Shown here in pieces: positions 10,405 through 21,002 of a DNA stretch of 25,682 nucleotides. The notes below the pieces were generated by a model. It had not been told where the DNA came from. It searched no databases and saw only the letters and a list, made by a program, of their open reading frames with translations. The stretch's first letter is position 1; each line of letters begins with the position of its first letter. This stretch comes from Selaginella moellendorffii (taxonomy: Eukaryota > Plantae > Lycopodiophyta), in contig NW_003314416.1 of assembly GCF_000143415.4 (NCBI RefSeq), positions 35,896 through 61,577 of the forward strand, read 5' to 3'. Made by a program: the position numbers and the translations under genes.

Positions 10405-11270
10405 GTATGGAATAGCCAGGTATGGAATGGCCATGTAAGGTCAAATTGGTTTGTTTGGAATAATTACCAGTTAAATGTCTTCTTACGTTCTTAGCGCTAT
10501 TAGAAGGGTCATGCATGGAGAACACTAAAGCATGGCAAATTATCCAATTGGAATCATTTCCAGGCACCATATGGAGTCAATGGAGTTCTTCTAGATCGTT
10601 CAAGACCAAGAGAATTTCTGTTTCTCGAGTGAGATCGGTCGGTTTTGTCACGAAAGTTTTGCTCGCGATCCCTCACAAGTATTTTGCGCGGGAGTTTGTT
10701 CCAACCAGAGCCACGCATTCTCTTTCTGTGTGGAGGGCCGTCACATTCGTTTCGTAAGGCTTTGGTTGGACGGTCCCGATCTATTGCCCCTACCGTGGCA
10801 GGATCCCTGCCGGACGTTACAGATCAATGTCCATCGCTGGCAAAAGTAACATCATGCAAGGGGGCCAGGTAAAGTAAAAGTAAACTTAGTACACTCGCAT
10901 CATTCATTTCTCCCGCCGTTCAAAGTAACGGGTAAATGAGAAATTACTAGATTTAGAAAAAGGGACCGTGGTACTGTATGGGCATTCCACCGCGCGGTGG
11001 TATATTTACGAAGCATATGCCCCGCATCGCATGGTCACACAAAGAGAGCTTTATGGAGGGGAATGCGCAGCGATGGCGATGGCGCCACCGGAAGCACGAT
11101 CTTCTCGGCGGATTCCAGCTTTAAATCCGGCATTCAATCGGTTCGTGGTTGGAGCTTTCTTGTTCTTGCAGCTGTCGCCACGGTGGGTGGAAATCCCTGG
11201 CTGCATTGCCGCAGATGCCTAGGATAGCTCGTAATCTCGGCCAGCGGAGCTAAGATTTCGCCAGATTTGG

Positions 11271-14200
11271 ATGGCGCAGTCGGTGTCGCTGGAATCTCTG
11301 GGCGCCTGGGCGAACGAGCTCCAGCGCTCGAGGAGTACGCGGAGTGGGAGCGTGAGGAACTGGAGATTGAGCTCGGATAGTGTGTTTGGGCAATCCGTGT
11401 ACCAGCAGCATGCCGAGGACGACGAGGAGGCGCTCAAATGGGCGGCAATCGAGAGGCTTCCTACCTATGATCGCCTGGGCACTACCATTCTCACCAATTA
11501 TGTCGAAGGCAACAGGTTAAATCGCCAAGTGGTGAGCATCGAGAACATTGGTCCAGTGGAGCGCCAGGAATTCATAAACAAGCTCATCCAAGTCACCGAG
11601 GAGGATAACGAGAAATTCTTGCGCAAGCTTCGAAAGCGCATTGACAGGTATGTGTGTTCTTTGGAGTTTATTTCTTTGACTGATCCTTCTTTTGTTTTTT
11701 TTTGTTTGCTTCTATAGAGTTTCTATACAATTGCCTACTATCGAGGTGCGTTTTCAAGATGTCACTGTACAAGCGGACTGCTATCTCGGAACGAGAGCTT
11801 TGCCAACTCTGTGGAACGCTACCCGAAATACCATCGAGGTTCTTCTTTTTGTTTTTTTTTTCTTTTTGTGTACTTCCTTGGACGTGACATTGTTTTCCTT
11901 TCTCTTTCGGTGATACAGGGGATATTAGACGTATCTAAATTGTTGCCAATGAAGAAGACGTCCATGACTATGCTTCGCAACGTCAGTGGTATTATCAAAC
12001 CTGGGAGGTATGTTTAGAACTGGTGGTCGTTTTGTTTCTTATTGTCTTGTCATACAGGATGACTCTGCTGCTCGGTCCACCTGGTTCTGGAAAGACCAGT
12101 TTGCTACTTGCTCTTGCGGGAAAGCTCGATCCCGCCCTGAAGGTAAGCTGAAGTCATAAGATCACCATTTAAATGACATCGCATGTAATCCAGGTCGAGG
12201 GCCAGATTTCATACAACGGTCATTCTCTTGAAGAGTTTGTGCCTCAGAAGACCTCAGCCTATATCAGTCAGCACGACTTTCATCTAGGAGAACTGACCGT
12301 CAGAGAAACTCTAGAATTCTCATCGCAATGTCAAGGTGTAGGAGCAAGATATGGTGAGTAATGAGCTACCCTGGTCCGTCAGTCTTCTTCAGTCAGGCAT
12401 GTTAACCTTATTCACCTCTAGGGGATTTCTACAGAAATGTTGGCAGAGCTGGCTAGGAGAGAAAAACAAGCCGGCATTTTTCCTGAGGCCGACATCGACT
12501 TCTTTATGAAAGTAAGTCTTCACAGTTTTTAAGCTGAGTTTTACCAACTCGTTGTCTTCCAATAGGCAACTGCAGTGGAAGGCCTACATAGTAGCCTTGT
12601 GACTGAGTATTCGATGAAAGTGAGTGATCTATTTGTTTATTTCGTCGTGTTTTCCGTTTAAATATTCCATGCTACAGATTCTTGGATTGGATCTTTGCGC
12701 AGACACGTTAGTTGGAGATGACATGCTCAGAGGCATATCTGGCGGCCAAAAGAAACGAGTTACAACCGGTAAGAAAACTTGTAAGCTGTGGTCTTCACTT
12801 CCTGTTTCAAACTGCTTCAGGGGAGATGATTGTTGGACCCACTCGGACTCTCTTTATGGATGAGATTTCCACTGGGCTGGATAGCTCAACGACATTCCAA
12901 ATTGTGAAATGTCTCCAGCAGTTTGTCCATCTTCTGGAGAGCACCGTGCTAATGTCTCTACTTCAGCCTGCACCTGAGACATTTGAGCTTTTCGACGACA
13001 TTATTTTGTTGTCAGAGGGTCAAATTGTTTATCAAGGGCCTCGGGAACTTGTTCTTGAGTTTTTTGAGGCCTGTGGATTCAAGTGTCCTGAAAGAAAGGG
13101 TGTAGCCGATTTTCTGCAAGAGGTATCTCTGTCCCCTTTTGTTTTGTCAATGGTTGTGTCGCTGATGACATCGTTCACTTCCAGCTTACTTCTCAGAAAG
13201 ATCAAGCTCAATATTGGTGGGACGAAACTAAACCATACGAATATGTTTCGGTGAATGACTTCGTGCAGCTCTTTAAGCAATCTCGTGCTGGTGAACTGCT
13301 GGCCGAAGAATTTTCATGCCCGTTTGACAAAGAAAGAAGTCATAAAGCAGCACTAGAGTTTAGCAAGTATGCTATTGGCGGATGGGATCTCTTCAAAGTT
13401 TGCTTCGCGAGGGAATGGTTGCTGGTCAAACGAAATTCTTTCATCTTCATATTCAAGGGAGTTCAGGTATGCTTATATATTACGGAATCGTTATGTGACG
13501 TGTTTTCGCAGATATGTATCGTGGCTTTCATTGGTATGACGGTTTTCCTTCGCACTGAAATGCACCGCGATAACGAGCAAGATGGTTTCTATTTTCTGGG
13601 AGCTCTGTTTTTTACTCTGATCATGATCATGTTCAATGGGTTTGGCGAATTACCGATGACTTTGACGCGGCTGCCTATATTCTACAAGCAACGGGATCTG
13701 CTATTCTATCCCTCTTGGGCTTTTGCTCTACCAATGATCGTGTCCAGGATACCAATGTCTATTGTCGAAGTGACAATTTTTATTGCCATGACGTACTATG
13801 TTATCGGCTTTGCACCTGCTGCTGGAAGGTACGAGAGTATTCCGGCTTAAACCTCTTAGTTATTTGCTCTGTGTAGGTTTTTCCGGCAGTATTTGCTTCT
13901 CTTCGTTTTGCACCAAATGTCTTCCGCTATGTTTCGTTTTATTGCCGGAGTATGTCGAACTATGGTGGTGGCAAATACGGGAGGTTCCGTTGCACTCCTT
14001 ATCGTTTTCATGCTGGGAGGCTTTATCATTCCTAGAGGTTTGGCACTAAACCATGATGTTATTTGTTCGTCAAACCAATCTTTTCTGCAGCTGAAATTCC
14101 AAAGTGGTGGATATGGGGATATTGGATTTCGCCCCTGACTTACGCTGAAAATGCTATAAGCGTCAACGAGATGCTTGCACCTGAATGGGACAAGGTTGAT

Positions 14201-17002
14201 TCTCTTGTTTCATTTTGCATCGTTCTAAGATGTTTATTTTGCAGCAAGTTCCCGGCCGCAATATGACCCTCGGAAAGGCTATTTTGCAAGATCGCGGCCT
14301 CTTTACAGAGGCGAACTGGTATTGGATCGGGGTTGGTGGCCTTATAGGCTTCGTATTTTTGTTCAATGTTCTTTTTACACTGGCGCTCGCTCATTTAAAT
14401 CGTAAGCTTCCATTATTCGTTCCCACGTATAGCAGCTGTACCCTTTGTCTTTGCAGCTTTAAGTGCGAAGAGAGCTCTATCTGAGCAACCTGTTTCTGAT
14501 CAGAAGAGAATATTGTCATCTAGACGTGAATCCATGCCATCCGAGCATAAACACAGCAACAGAACTGGTTTGGCGCTTATACCTGACGTGCTTCACGTTA
14601 ATGTTTGCATTGCTATTCTCAGGTGAAGTGGAGATGCAGGCTTCAGCATCAACTTCGTCCCGTCAGCTGTCCGATAGACGAGGAATGATACTGCCATTTC
14701 AGCCTCTGGCAATAGCATTCAAGGATATTAAGTACTACGTGGACATGCCCGCCGTAATATCTATGTCGCTACTCAACTGTAGAATGTCGCTAACAGCTCT
14801 ATGTGCAGGAGATGAAAAGTCAAGGGTTGACAGAGAGCCGGCTGGAGCTTCTGCATGATATTACTGGAGCATTTAGACCCGGAGTTTTAACAGCATTGAT
14901 GGGTGTGAGTGGAGCTGGAAAGACTACATTGATGGACGTGCTTGCTGGAAGGAAAACCAGTGGCTACATCGAAGGGGATATTTGGATATCTGGCTTTCCA
15001 AAGAAACAAGAAACGTTTGCAAGAATCTCAGGATACTGCGAGCAGTCGGACATCCATTCCCCTCAAGTTACTATTTACGAATCGCTGTTGTTTTCGGCCA
15101 GACTTCGGCTCCCAAATGAAGTCGATCGCAACACTCAGGAGGTACGTAGTTTCGAAATGTAACTCAGATCAGACATCTGCGTTTTTTGTGGCAGCTCTTT
15201 GTTCACGAGGTCATGGAACTCGTTGAACTGGACATTGTCAAGGACGCACTTGTTGGTATTCCAGGAGTCAGTGGTCTCTCTACAGAGCAGAGAAAGCGAC
15301 TGACGATCGCTGTCGAGCTTGTTGCCAATCCTTCTATCATCTTTATGGACGAACCGACCTCTGGCCTGGACGCCAGAGCTGCTGCAATCGTCATGCGAAC
15401 CGTTCGGAATACTGTTGATACTGGACGGACTGTTGTGTGTACAATACATCAGCCTAGCATCGATATTTTTGAAGCGTTTGATGAGGTACTTGCTGACCTT
15501 TAAGCTGATTGCGAAAGAATGAATTATTTGTCTCTTTTGCAGTTGCTTCTCCTTAAGCGCGGTGGCCAGGTGACATACGCAGGACCTTTAGGAAAACGTT
15601 CTCACAAGCTTATCGAGTACTTCGAGGTTGTAAGTCTATACAGGGAATTAACTGAACTGACGACGGCGAACCCTTGCACAGGCCGTTCCTGGAGTCACTA
15701 GATACCGAGATGGAACTAATCCTGCTGCCTGGATGCTCGAAGTAACGTCACCTTCAACAGAGCATAGCCTCAACACCGACTTTGCTCAGCTCTATCTCAA
15801 CTCTCCGCTGTTTCAGTAAGTCGTTATGTTTTTCTCAATGTAGCTTAAAATATTTTGATATAAACTTTGCAGGCGTAACATAGCACTGGTGAAGGAGCTC
15901 TCCTCCCCTGCTCCAGGAGCCAGTGATTTATACTTTCCAACAAAATACTCCCAACCATTCCTTACGCAATTCCGCTCATGCCTGTGGAAGCAGAACTTGA
16001 CATACTGGAGAAGCCCCGACTATAACTGCGTCAGGCTATGTTTTACTCTCTTCTCCGCCCTTCTCTTCGGAACCATTTTCTGGAAGTTTGGACTTAAGAG
16101 GTAAAAGTCTGTCAAACCTTCTCTCTGCCGAAACTTTAAGCGTGTGTTTTTTTCTGTGCTCGACAGGGAGAATCAGTCCGACTTGCTTAACGTGATGGGT
16201 GCGATGTACGGGGCTGTCATATTTCTTGGTGTAAATAACAGTGCCACAGTTCAGCCCGTCGTCGCCACGGAAAGGACCGTCTTTTACAGGGAGCGAGCGG
16301 CAGGAATGTATTCGGCTCTTCCCTACGCTTTAGCACAGGTATTCTCGATCTATATCTACGCAAACAGCTATAGCTAATGCAAGATTGCCGCAAACTTTGC
16401 AGGTCATCGTCGAGATACCATACGTTCTCTTCCAGACGCTCATGTACGGTGGCATCACTTACGCCATGATCCAGTTCGAGTGGAAAGCCTCGAAGTTCTT
16501 CTGGTACCTCTACGTCATGTTCTTCACCTTCCTCTACTTCACATACTACGGGATGATGGCCGTGGCGATCACACCAAACTACCAGATCGCGGGCATCCTC
16601 GCGTCGGCATTCTACTCGCTCTTCAACCTCTTCTCGGGCTTTCTCATACCAAAACCCGTGAGTATATGGTCTTTGTCTTTTATAGAAGTGATAGACTATT
16701 GGACTAACACCGGGGAATTCATCCCGTTGCAGAAAATTCCAAAGTGGTGGCAGTGGTATGTGTGGATTTGCCCCGTTGCTTACACCGTCTATGGCCTCAT
16801 TACGTCCCAGTATGGGGACGTGAATTCGGAGCTCCAAATCCCCGGCCAGCCCAGCAAGCCCATCAAGCTCTTCCTTAAAGACTACTTCGACTACGATCAA
16901 CAGTTCCTTGGCGTGGTGGCGGCCGTGTTGTTTGGATTCGCAGCCTTCTTCGCATTTATGTTCGCGTTTTGCATCCGCGTCCTCAACTTCCAGCGCCGCT
17001 AA
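11271..17002 (+). CDS. Full-size ABCG (PDR) transporter, NBD-TMD-NBD-TMD, over 20 exons; most reminiscent of the PDR8/PEN3 (ABCG36) group
   Basis: PDR N-motif [21 protein letters not shown], Walker A GPPGSGKT, signature [10 protein letters not shown], second Walker [51 protein letters not shown] and terminal LNFQRR. The subclade is by recollected similarity only. Confidence 0.97.
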
Positions 17003-17179
17003 AACATTGGAAGAACAACGAATAGATGAAGAACAGGATATTCCAACGAATGTTCTTATCCATCCAGAAGATTCAGTCCAATCCAATCCGGCCGTCCACG
17101 TGCTGGCCATTCGATCCGGAGCCGTTGCTTTGTTTTTAACCCACATGTTGTTATTCCGTTTGAGCGCCGCCTTTAATTC

Positions 17180-17201
17180 CCACGTCACGCTGCTGACGTG
17201 G
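17180..17201. promoter_or_regulatory. Inverted pair of bZIP hex/UPRE-type sites upstream of the FLA gene
   Basis: CCACGTCA-cgctgc-TGACGTGG, a perfect 8-bp inverted repeat. An extra G-box CACGTG lies at 17097. Confidence 0.4.
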
Positions 17202-17476
17202 CTGCTACCCGTTATTAACCCAACGAGACGCTCTAGGGTCTTAACAGAGGTTTAAGCCAGCAAAGAAAGAGCCTCGTCGGCCAGGAAGGAGAAACCAAAG
17301 CAAGGTGTGTGTTCTTTCTTTCATAGAGGATTGGTATCAATCCAGCGCTCGCATTTTCTTTCGATTCTTTCCATTCTTTCTTTGTAGTAAATCTTTTCCA
17401 GTGATCGATCTTGTGTGGATCTTATGGAGCAGGCAAGCTAGGATCAGACAATCTTGAGAAAGAACTTGTGATCGCT

Positions 17477-18928
17477 ATGAGTGTGGAGCAGCAGCACCGG
17501 CAGGCCAGCCTCGCCCTGGTCTGCTCTCTCGCAGCGATGGCGATCATCATCCTTCCATGGGCGAGCCTTTGCGGAGCTCAAAACGTGACGGTGGTGCTGG
17601 AGAACTCGGCGCCCGTGAACACGAACTTCTCCACATTCAGCCGCCTCCTCTCCATGACCAACGTCACCGCAGAGATCAACAGCCGCTCCTCGCTCACCAT
17701 CCTCGTCCCGGACAACTCCATCCTCGACAGCTACGTAGGGGCCAACCTCGAGGGGATGCACGTCTGGGCCGTGGCCGACTTCTGCCGCTACCACGTCCTG
17801 CTCCAGTACCTCGACACCCAAGAGATCATGCAGATGACCAACCAGTCCGGGCTGCTCATCACCACGCTCTACCAGACCACCGGACGCGCCGAAGGGATCG
17901 ATGGCTTCGTCAACATGACCTTCGGGAACGACATCCAGTTCGGGCTTCCGCCACCCCACGCCTCAGGTCCCGTCGCCACCGTTCTCAATAACTTCGTGCG
18001 CTATCCTTACAACATGAGCTTCATGATGATCAGCAAGCCTCTCATGCCCGTCCGGCTGGCGCAGATGAACAGGCCCGACCACTTCCCCAGCATCTCCAAC
18101 GCGCTCTTCAAAGGTAACATCTACAAGACGTTCCAGAAGTTGATGCAGGACACCGGGACACTGGCGGCGGCCGAGGACATCGAGCACCAGCCCTTCACCA
18201 GCGGGGTGACGGTGTTTGCTCCCACCGACAGCGCGTTCCAGAACCTCCCCAGTGGATCTCTGGCAGCGCTCACGCAGTCGCAGCGCCAGTTGCTCGTCCG
18301 CTACCATCTCCTGCCGTCATTCTTCACGTTTGGATCGCTCCGGACGCTGAAGGCTCCGCTCACGACGCTGGCCACGTCTAACAGGAACTTTGAGGTGAAT
18401 GCCAGCGGCGAGGGGCCTTCCGGGGGACTGGCGATTGCGACCGGGGTGTCCACCGCAAACGTGATTGCCACTCTCTTGGAGGACGATCCAGTCGGGATGT
18501 ATGCTCTGGACGCGGTGCTTCTTCCACCCGAGATCTTCCCACTCCACTCCACGCCGCCCGCCAGCATTGCACCGTCGCCTGCTCCTCCGGCCACCGTTCC
18601 GCCACCAAAGGCTGTTCAAGCGCCAGCTCCGGCTCCAAAGCCGGCTCCGCCACCTTCGCCTTCGTCTTCTCCTTCTCCACCGCCACCCGCGGCTTCTCCT
18701 TCTCCACCACCCTCGGCTACGTCTCCTCCTCCCGTGCAGAGCTCATCAAATTCCTCCTCGTCGAGCTCCTCGAGCTCGTCTCCGGCAGCCGAAAATGGGA
18801 CAAGTGCCGAGGCCCCAGTCGCCGCAGAAGGTCCGCTGGCGGAAAGGTCCGACGCCCGGAAGTTTGGTGAGAGTTTCTTTGGTGGATTTTTGCCAGCTGC
18901 ACTTGCTACTACTACGTTGCTCTTTTGA
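17477..18928 (+). CDS. Fasciclin-like arabinogalactan protein (two FAS1 domains, Pro-rich region, probable GPI anchor), intronless
   Basis: First ATG at 17477 with a hydrophobic signal. FAS1 H1 motifs LTILVPDN and GVTVFAPTDSAF, YH motifs RYHVL and RYHLL, H2 MYALDAVLLP. AP/SP/PA-rich tail and hydrophobic C-terminus. Confidence 0.93.
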   Translation: MSVEQQHRQASLALVCSLAAMAIIILPWASLCGAQNVTVVLENSAPVNTNFSTFSRLLSMTNVTAEINSRSSLTILVPDNSILDSYVGANLEGMHVWAVADFCRYHVLLQYLDTQEIMQMTNQSGLLITTLYQTTGRAEGIDGFVNMTFGNDIQFGLPPPHASGPVATVLNNFVRYPYNMSFMMISKPLMPVRLAQMNRPDHFPSISNALFKGNIYKTFQKLMQDTGTLAAAEDIEHQPFTSGVTVFAPTDSAFQNLPSGSLAALTQSQRQLLVRYHLLPSFFTFGSLRTLKAPLTTLATSNRNFEVNASGEGPSGGLAIATGVSTANVIATLLEDDPVGMYALDAVLLPPEIFPLHSTPPASIAPSPAPPATVPPPKAVQAPAPAPKPAPPPSPSSSPSPPPPAASPSPPPSATSPPPVQSSSNSSSSSSSSSSPAAENGTSAEAPVAAEGPLAERSDARKFGESFFGGFLPAALATTTLLF

Positions 18929-19049
18929 TATGAAAGGTTTGTACTACAACTAGTTTTCTTGGAAGAGAGACATTGTAATAACTTTAGTGCATTAGCGTTG
19001 AGTTTACATCATGTAATTTTTTAATGACAATGAAAATGTTTTAAGTCCG

Positions 19050-19400
19050 TCATGGAGGTTTAGGGTTTACGACGCGATACTGGGACCTGGAACACTCCTT
19101 GACGCCAGCGCATCTGTCTACAAATGCAAGGGTGGTGCTGGATCACTCCAAGACTGTAGAGACTAGTTCAGAGATGCCAGCCGTCCGCGGCCGAGAAGAG
19201 GCGGGAGGTGCGAGAAGCGCGGCAACAGGAAGGATCGCGAGTGGAAGGCTGGAAGGGCAGCTAAAGGTGACAAGAGAAGATGAAGCAGGAAGAGGAGAAG
19301 ACGAAGCAAATGGAGATCTACGCAGAGCTCGTCCGTGGTGGGACGAAGCTTCCGCGGCAATGCCATGTTATGACTTTAATCGAATCTAAAACTTATTCGA
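19050..19400 (+). pseudogene. Possible degraded gene fragment encoding a charged coiled-coil
   Basis: GC/purine-rich island after a telo-box (19059-19068). Pieces in different frames read AAEKRREVREARQQE, RLEGQLKV and KMKQEEEKTKQMEIYAELVR, with stops and frameshifts. Confidence 0.25.
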
Positions 19401-19538
19401 ACACGCAACCTTCTGATCTGGAGTCAGACTTGCGCCACGGATCCTTTCACGGCGGGTTCATCCACTATGAGCTACTCGGACGATATATTCAATAACTTCA
19501 TCATTTATAAAATCATAGACATCAAATTATTTTCGACT

Positions 19539-19890
19539 TTAGAATTGTAGAGCTGCAAAATGCACAGATTAATCTTAGATCAGCCCGAAAAGATGCTTGT
19601 TTCATACCTCCACAAGTTCTTGGCAAGGGCCTATTGCAAGCCGATGCCATGGCCTGGATACGTTGCTTGTTGACCGCAGCGGCGATCTGGGGCGTGACTT
19701 TGGGACACAAACACCCGTTCGACACCGCTCTAGCGGCTCTGCAGCAGCCAGCGCTGGGAGGGCTTCCATTCCCGTAAGAACCCGAGCATTGCGATATCAC
19801 CGTCGTCACCAAACCATTGCAATCTTGTCCGCGAACAGCAATCGCCCAAAGCATCACTAGCAAGACGAAGGAGGTGCGTGGAAAAGCCAT
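19539..19890 (-). CDS. Non-specific lipid transfer protein (8-Cys motif), exons 19890-19608 and 19552-19539
   Basis: Signal peptide, then C-X10-C-X13-CC-X9-CLC-X22-C-X7-C. The intron begins 4 nt after the last Cys codon, giving the C-terminus RTCGALQF. No GPI tail. Confidence 0.92.
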
Positions 19891-20177
19891 CTTAATTTCT
19901 CACAATTCCAGAATGCCCTCTTTCTAAGCCTTGCTTCCACTGGATCTCACGAAGAAGAGAGCTCACATTTAAAGCATCCATCACACGGACTCTTGCCGTC
20001 TCGATCACGTCTTTGGTCCTGGTCTTGGTCCTTGGTCTTAAAACTCGTTCGATCAAATTCATGGAAACATCCCAAAGTACTTTGAGCGGGAATTTTCAAA
20101 CCAACGTTTTCAAATTCAAATATTTGCGCGGGAAGGAATATTACAAAGCACACAAAGTAGTATAATCCTTTGATCAT

Positions 20178-20612
20178 TCATGGCTGATCCACCTCGTGTC
20201 CATGGTGCCACCCTCCACCGCGTCCGTATCCTCCACGCCCATATCCGTACCCAGGTCCGTAGCCACCATAGCCGGGTCCATAGTATCCGCCATAGCCCGG
20301 TCCGTACCCACCACCGTATCCCGGCCCATAGCCACCATAGCCCGGTCCATAGCCACCACCACCATAGCCCGGCCCATAGCCACCACCACGCCCGTACCCG
20401 CCATATCCCGGCCCATACCCGCCATAGCCTCCTCGTCCATAACCATCGTCGTCATCGTGGTGGAGTGACTTTGTAGCGGCGTCGTTGTTCTTGAGCTCCT
20501 CGTCCTTCTGGGGGTTCTCGGCGAGATCTCTGGCGCTGGACACGAGCAAGAAGGCGAGATTGAGAAGTAGCAGCACGGCCAGGAGCTGCTGCAAGGCCTT
20601 GGAAAGAGCCAT
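20178..20612 (-). CDS. Secreted glycine/tyrosine-rich protein (plant GRP family), 144 aa
   Basis: MALSKALQQLLAVLLLLNLAFLLVSSARDLAE (typical GRP signal ending SA|RDLAE), an acidic linker, then GYGPGYGG repeats and the terminal GGGWHHGHEVDQP. Confidence 0.9.
   Translation of the reverse strand: MALSKALQQLLAVLLLLNLAFLLVSSARDLAENPQKDEELKNNDAATKSLHHDDDDGYGRGGYGGYGPGYGGYGRGGGYGPGYGGGGYGPGYGGYGPGYGGGYGPGYGGYYGPGYGGYGPGYGYGRGGYGRGGGWHHGHEVDQP
20215..20445 (-). repeat. Coding tandem repeats (GYGPGYGG units) within the GRP
   Basis: Recurrent ccatagcccggcccatagcca-type units on the + strand. Confidence 0.85.
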
Positions 20613-20741
20613 TTTGTAGTTTCCTCCTTGGAGACGGAGACTTCCTCTCCTGACAAACAAACGCTGTGATGCAATGCGCAAGAAAGATCTAGGGAAAAGG
20701 GGGCCTGGAAGGAATGCTTGGATTTGGAGGATCGAGCAATG

Positions 20742-20748
20742 TTTTATA
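20742..20748 (-). promoter_or_regulatory. TATA box of the GRP gene
   Basis: TATAAAA on the minus strand about 130 nt upstream of the ATG. CCAAT lies at 20816-20820. Confidence 0.55.
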
Positions 20749-20767
20749 GAGCCCAGGGAAATGATCG

Positions 20768-21002
20768 TCGCGTTGACGCGCGTTGACATGGGGGTCAACC
20801 GCGTTTTATCCACCGATTGGTTTGGTTGGGTGTCGGTGAGTGAATGCCGCGACCACGAGACCCTTGCGGCCTGTGTAGAGACAGAGATTTCTCTCTTCGT
20901 GGAAGCAAGTCAGCCGCAATTCTACCATGGCAGCTTTTAAATCTATCCAATTTATAGAGGGTTGACTTTCTCGCGCTCTCATTGACTCTTTGACTGGGTC
21001 AA
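20768..21002. promoter_or_regulatory. W-box and CGCG-box cluster upstream of the GRP gene
   Basis: Full W-boxes at 20793, 20962, 20982, 20990 and 20997. TTGAC cores at 20773 and 20783. Several CGCG motifs, including CCGCGT at 20799. Confidence 0.5.

Noticed and set aside
11073-11222. 49-codon ORF (MAMAPPEARSS...) upstream of and in frame with the PDR ATG
   Set aside because: Two stops separate it from the PDR ORF, and the obvious donor/acceptor pairs either do not restore the frame or give a 31-nt intron. The TSS is unknown, so uORF status cannot be supported.
16217-17188. 323-aa antisense ORF over the PDR 3' exons
   Set aside because: Shadow of high-GC3 codons on the sense strand, with no recognisable motifs.
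17411-17476. N-terminal extensions given by the ORF track for FLA (TTG start) and GRP (20813)
   Set aside because: Non-ATG starts. The signal peptides begin at the downstream ATGs, and the GRP extension spans its TATA box.
17444-18953. Several overlapping and antisense ORFs within the FLA gene
   Set aside because: Expected in GC-rich intronless coding DNA.
20215-20445. Regular repeats that might suggest a CRISPR-like array
   Set aside because: They are in-frame coding repeats of the GRP with no unique spacers, in a eukaryotic context.
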